A stretch of DNA of 64,000 nucleotides, from the NCBI GenBank assembly GCA_000004985.1, contig GG738845.1, one strand, 5' to 3'. Below are positions 62,501 through 64,000 of this stretch, in pieces. The notes beneath the pieces were generated by a model, which searched no databases, was not told the origin of the DNA, and saw nothing but the letters and a program-made list of their open reading frames with translations. This DNA comes from Naegleria gruberi. Taxonomy: Eukaryota. Positions within the stretch are counted from its first letter, which is position 1; each line of letters begins with the position of its first letter. The translations under genes and the position numbers were made by a program.

Positions 62501-64000
62501 GATTTTGGAATTTTCATTTCTTGAAGAATTTTCTTTACACCAGCTTTAGGAGTTCCATTCCAACGTGGCCATGTTGAATCTGAACAAAGTTTGTAACGAT
62601 CCAAGAATTTATCAAAGTCCATCTTGAAATAATAACCACTATTTCTAACGTGTACATTTTCAGTGATACCTAAATATTTAACTTGTTCCATGACAACTTC
62701 ATCAATAAATTCATTTGGTTTCTTCTCATGGTTTGGTTTGATACATTTTACAAAGTGATGATGTTTTCCTTTCATTTTACCAACAAATTTGAAAACATCT
62801 TCAGTAAATTGCATTGTTGTGGTTTTTTGCAATTTACCAAATTCAATTTTTTCATCTCTAGGGAAGATTTGTTGCATGAGACCTGATTGTGATTTTCTCA
62901 TAGCAAAAACTAAATCTTCAAACAGTGTATCCTTATTCATTGAAATCCATCCTTCAACGTCATATGTTACTTTACCAGCAAAATGTTTCAAATCAAATAT
63001 TAATCCTGCAAACTTGGATTTTTCATAGCAAGCCCATCCAGTTCCAAAATTAGTATTCAATTTTTGCATGTATCTTTCATCAGTACAATTTGGAAGGAGA
63101 GATTCTTCATCCAACAATTTGTAAATACCAAATGGTTTTCCTTCAATAATTTCAACTGTTTGATCAACATTTTTCAATGGAATTGGATTATATGGAATAC
63201 CCTCTCTTACATATTCATCTTGTTCAGCTTGTAACCATTTTTGCACATGTTGCTGAATCTTTTCATTTACAAAGTTAATGTTCAATTGTTCTAGAGTATT
63301 TTTTTCCTTTGTATGTTTTTCATAAATTTCAAAACCATAAATATCAAGAATGCCTATAGAATATTTTGCATCATCAGGTCTTTTTACAGCTGAATTGATA
63401 CGACGAATGAGCCATGAAAATAATCTTTCATAGATACCCTTTGCAAGTGCATCTCTATTGAATGAAGCCATTGTAGAATTTTGAACTGTTTTTGTTGCTT
63501 CCTTACCAACGTGAATAGTTCTATATAAAAGTGCCTCTCTGAGTGTATCAAATTCAACTTGGAATAAGAAAGCTGCTGTTCTCAATGTATCCTTATTATC
63601 AATTTCTGCTGTGTCTTTACCATTTACATTTAAATCCTTAAACTTGACATTACCCAAGTGTAGAATACCAGCACAAAGTCTGAAAATTTCCATTTGTTCT
63701 AAAACTGAAATACCAGCTTCAGTCATGCTTTGTCTAGTATTCTTAAATTCTAACTTGTCATTCATGCCGTTAATAGTTAAGGAACTAGATGAAGAATTTA
63801 AACCGTTTGCAGTTAAATAATTGAATTTTTTTGCTTCTTCCAATTTCAAATCCTTTTTCATTGATTCATCTGCACCGGCACACATTTGATAGAAAATGTG
63901 GAAATTTCTTTCACCTTTTCTTTGTGACACTACACGTGATTTTTCTAACAGTGATGTTGTAATGTGTGCTCCTTCTAATTGTCCTTTGAAATTGAAGAAT
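59509..64000 (-). CDS. Class-I (unconventional) myosin heavy chain with tandemly repeated TH1 tail domains; 5' end (N-terminal motor) lies beyond the window
   Basis: Frame is open to the window edge. Motor motifs read ...GAHITTSLLEKSRVVSQRKGERNFHIFYQMCAGA..., then actin-binding and converter regions. IQ motifs (ASIIQRNFRKYKARQ). The tail holds three complete plus one partial copy of the myosin-I TH1 pattern (K/RLRRK..S....YLGDY...F..V..KINK..K.Q.R.L.ITD.A.YN.D......R.I....I..ISVS...DGFF.L.VP.EYDY...S..KTEI...). Copies are separated by Asn/Ser-rich linkers. Confidence 0.8.
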   Translation of the reverse strand, partial: FFNFKGQLEGAHITTSLLEKSRVVSQRKGERNFHIFYQMCAGADESMKKDLKLEEAKKFNYLTANGLNSSSSSLTINGMNDKLEFKNTRQSMTEAGISVLEQMEIFRLCAGILHLGNVKFKDLNVNGKDTAEIDNKDTLRTAAFLFQVEFDTLREALLYRTIHVGKEATKTVQNSTMASFNRDALAKGIYERLFSWLIRRINSAVKRPDDAKYSIGILDIYGFEIYEKHTKEKNTLEQLNINFVNEKIQQHVQKWLQAEQDEYVREGIPYNPIPLKNVDQTVEIIEGKPFGIYKLLDEESLLPNCTDERYMQKLNTNFGTGWACYEKSKFAGLIFDLKHFAGKVTYDVEGWISMNKDTLFEDLVFAMRKSQSGLMQQIFPRDEKIEFGKLQKTTTMQFTEDVFKFVGKMKGKHHHFVKCIKPNHEKKPNEFIDEVVMEQVKYLGITENVHVRNSGYYFKMDFDKFLDRYKLCSDSTWPRWNGTPKAGVKKILQEMKIPKSKYSLGKSKVFLQTPIQLFALDEKVASRRIEMASIIQRNFRKYKARQKVLAEQHLQKALEKTFGEKCDNLFQRPVNQINFKTGERQRKLLVVSPSAIYLVDPKTYTVLKRVQYKMIDSLKCSALNDEVFIVSVPQLHDIMLEADSKNEVMKAIRDSYDLFFSHINKDNNSGAPSNTPNSDNTTNNANNTDPSSSNAGENSTTDDSNKQAVASVNSDDHRVKTLRVDIGEEFVFHPLKAMSKTVKYVKNYNAKSGTTIEVTTEGLVISSKPSDDVFDGMKLRRKTSFHKKFYGDYIHLAKSDLMKKITEDFGDQEVHFSSVVTKYNKKYKKQERILLITERAIYNIDPNGYIINRQIPMRRLKAITVSPYTDGFFVIHTPDEYDYIFESNKKTEILKVLSESFTNATRAKMKFFVKNSIKHRMKKGFEQRLDFKEVDIIRGNVVTATDFGAEVQVKVEEVMSNDLDTNVVQDIYQGQKLRRKDSLLKWYLGDYLHVASTKQFEKIKKEFGDSQLLYSGLVQKINKRYLVQDRKLLVTDQAVYNLDNDLKVLRRIPFKEIAGISVSTMRDGFFILKVPGEYDYIFSSSSKTEIIKAIMDAKKKVENKSLELQVDDKLVYTVHKGKGVKTLDFQDDLTVKSTLIFPTSTGALIRVNNMEVEENKQENQQEEKNNMVSEVKQSIGSDLYKGRKARKKASMMREYMGDYLPNHYNKLVQQLLQKNGDTQVLFASEVLKINKNLKTQKRIMIITDKHIYNIDPQEFKVKRIIDLDEIEGASMSPFADDNFCLHVPSSYDYLYDSDKKSEIMDVLSNAIMKKSQKKLPINIADTFSFSPGGNDVVNINFVEDSNANETFIEPHNNNLVVRVNHKEPGVVLEAAYVYVTRHASEKEKENVKPIEVKSNPILIKLRKRWKYKLEIRFYVNEYLSQCSFHEKIDTVGSRIEFVSQVSELEPREERYVITLPERDVVYSLLSKTRVKCKLIDPMGRTLLAVRFVYDVR

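Noticed and set aside
1-64000. Search for prokaryotic-style novel systems (operons, defence islands, CRISPR, integrases, toxin-antitoxin pairs)
   Set aside because: The window is eukaryotic nuclear DNA with spliceosomal introns, A-rich Kozak contexts and a Pol III tRNA. No operonic organisation, direct-repeat arrays, integrase or transposase homologues were seen.

Overview
This 64-kb window is AT-rich (about 65-70% AT) nuclear DNA from a compact, gene-dense eukaryotic genome; it is not prokaryotic. I count roughly 30 protein-coding genes on both strands, about one per 2.2 kb, separated by 100-600 bp spacers. There is one tRNA-Lys(UUU) gene. I found no rRNA, CRISPR array, transposon or prokaryotic defence-type system. 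The standard genetic code fits. Real start codons sit in a strongly A-rich context (AAAAAAAATG). The supplied ORF track counts TTG and GTG as starts, so many of its N-termini are artefacts.

About half of the genes carry one or two very small spliceosomal introns of 38-52 nt (rarely 85-130 nt). Donors are GTAAGT, GTATGT or GTAGGT; acceptors are mostly TAG; many introns carry a TTAAC or CTAAC-like branch motif. Several ORF-track stop codons are really the TAA inside a G|TAAGT donor. Splicing the fragments back together recovers intact orthologues: NOC2 (3 exons), LSm6 (2 exons), Beclin-1 (terminal micro-exon), GnT-I/MGAT1, a gamma-tubulin complex protein, a CS+TPR DNAAF4-like protein, a 7TM receptor, an Arf/Arl GTPase, and an 88-aa BolA2-like gene with a 17-nt micro-exon that the ORF track misses entirely.

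Other recognisable genes are topoisomerase I, a DEAD-box helicase, GMP reductase, PRP16/DHX38, UTP4/Cirhin, an F-box/ankyrin protein, a HEAT-repeat protein, IRE1 (luminal propeller, kinase and KEN RNase), a receptor-like transmembrane pseudokinase (HRD to WGN, DFG to DYA), a C2-domain protein, a Nem1/CTDNEP1-like phosphatase, a small GPI-anchored Ly6/uPAR(CD59)-like Cys-rich protein, and a class-I myosin whose tail has three to four tandem TH1 domains (gene runs off the window).

The gene content (cilium-assembly factor, myosin I, IRE1, GnT-I) together with the tiny introns and AT-richness fits a free-living amoeboflagellate-type protist such as Naegleria. That assignment is an inference I cannot verify here. 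The items most worth a second look are the multi-TH1 myosin, the receptor pseudokinase, the LU-domain protein, the missed BolA2 gene, a GC-rich roughly 270-bp island at 30.8-31.06 kb (candidate ncRNA), a perfect 14-bp inverted repeat between IRE1 and the tRNA, and the near-zero spacing or overlap of convergent 3' ends.
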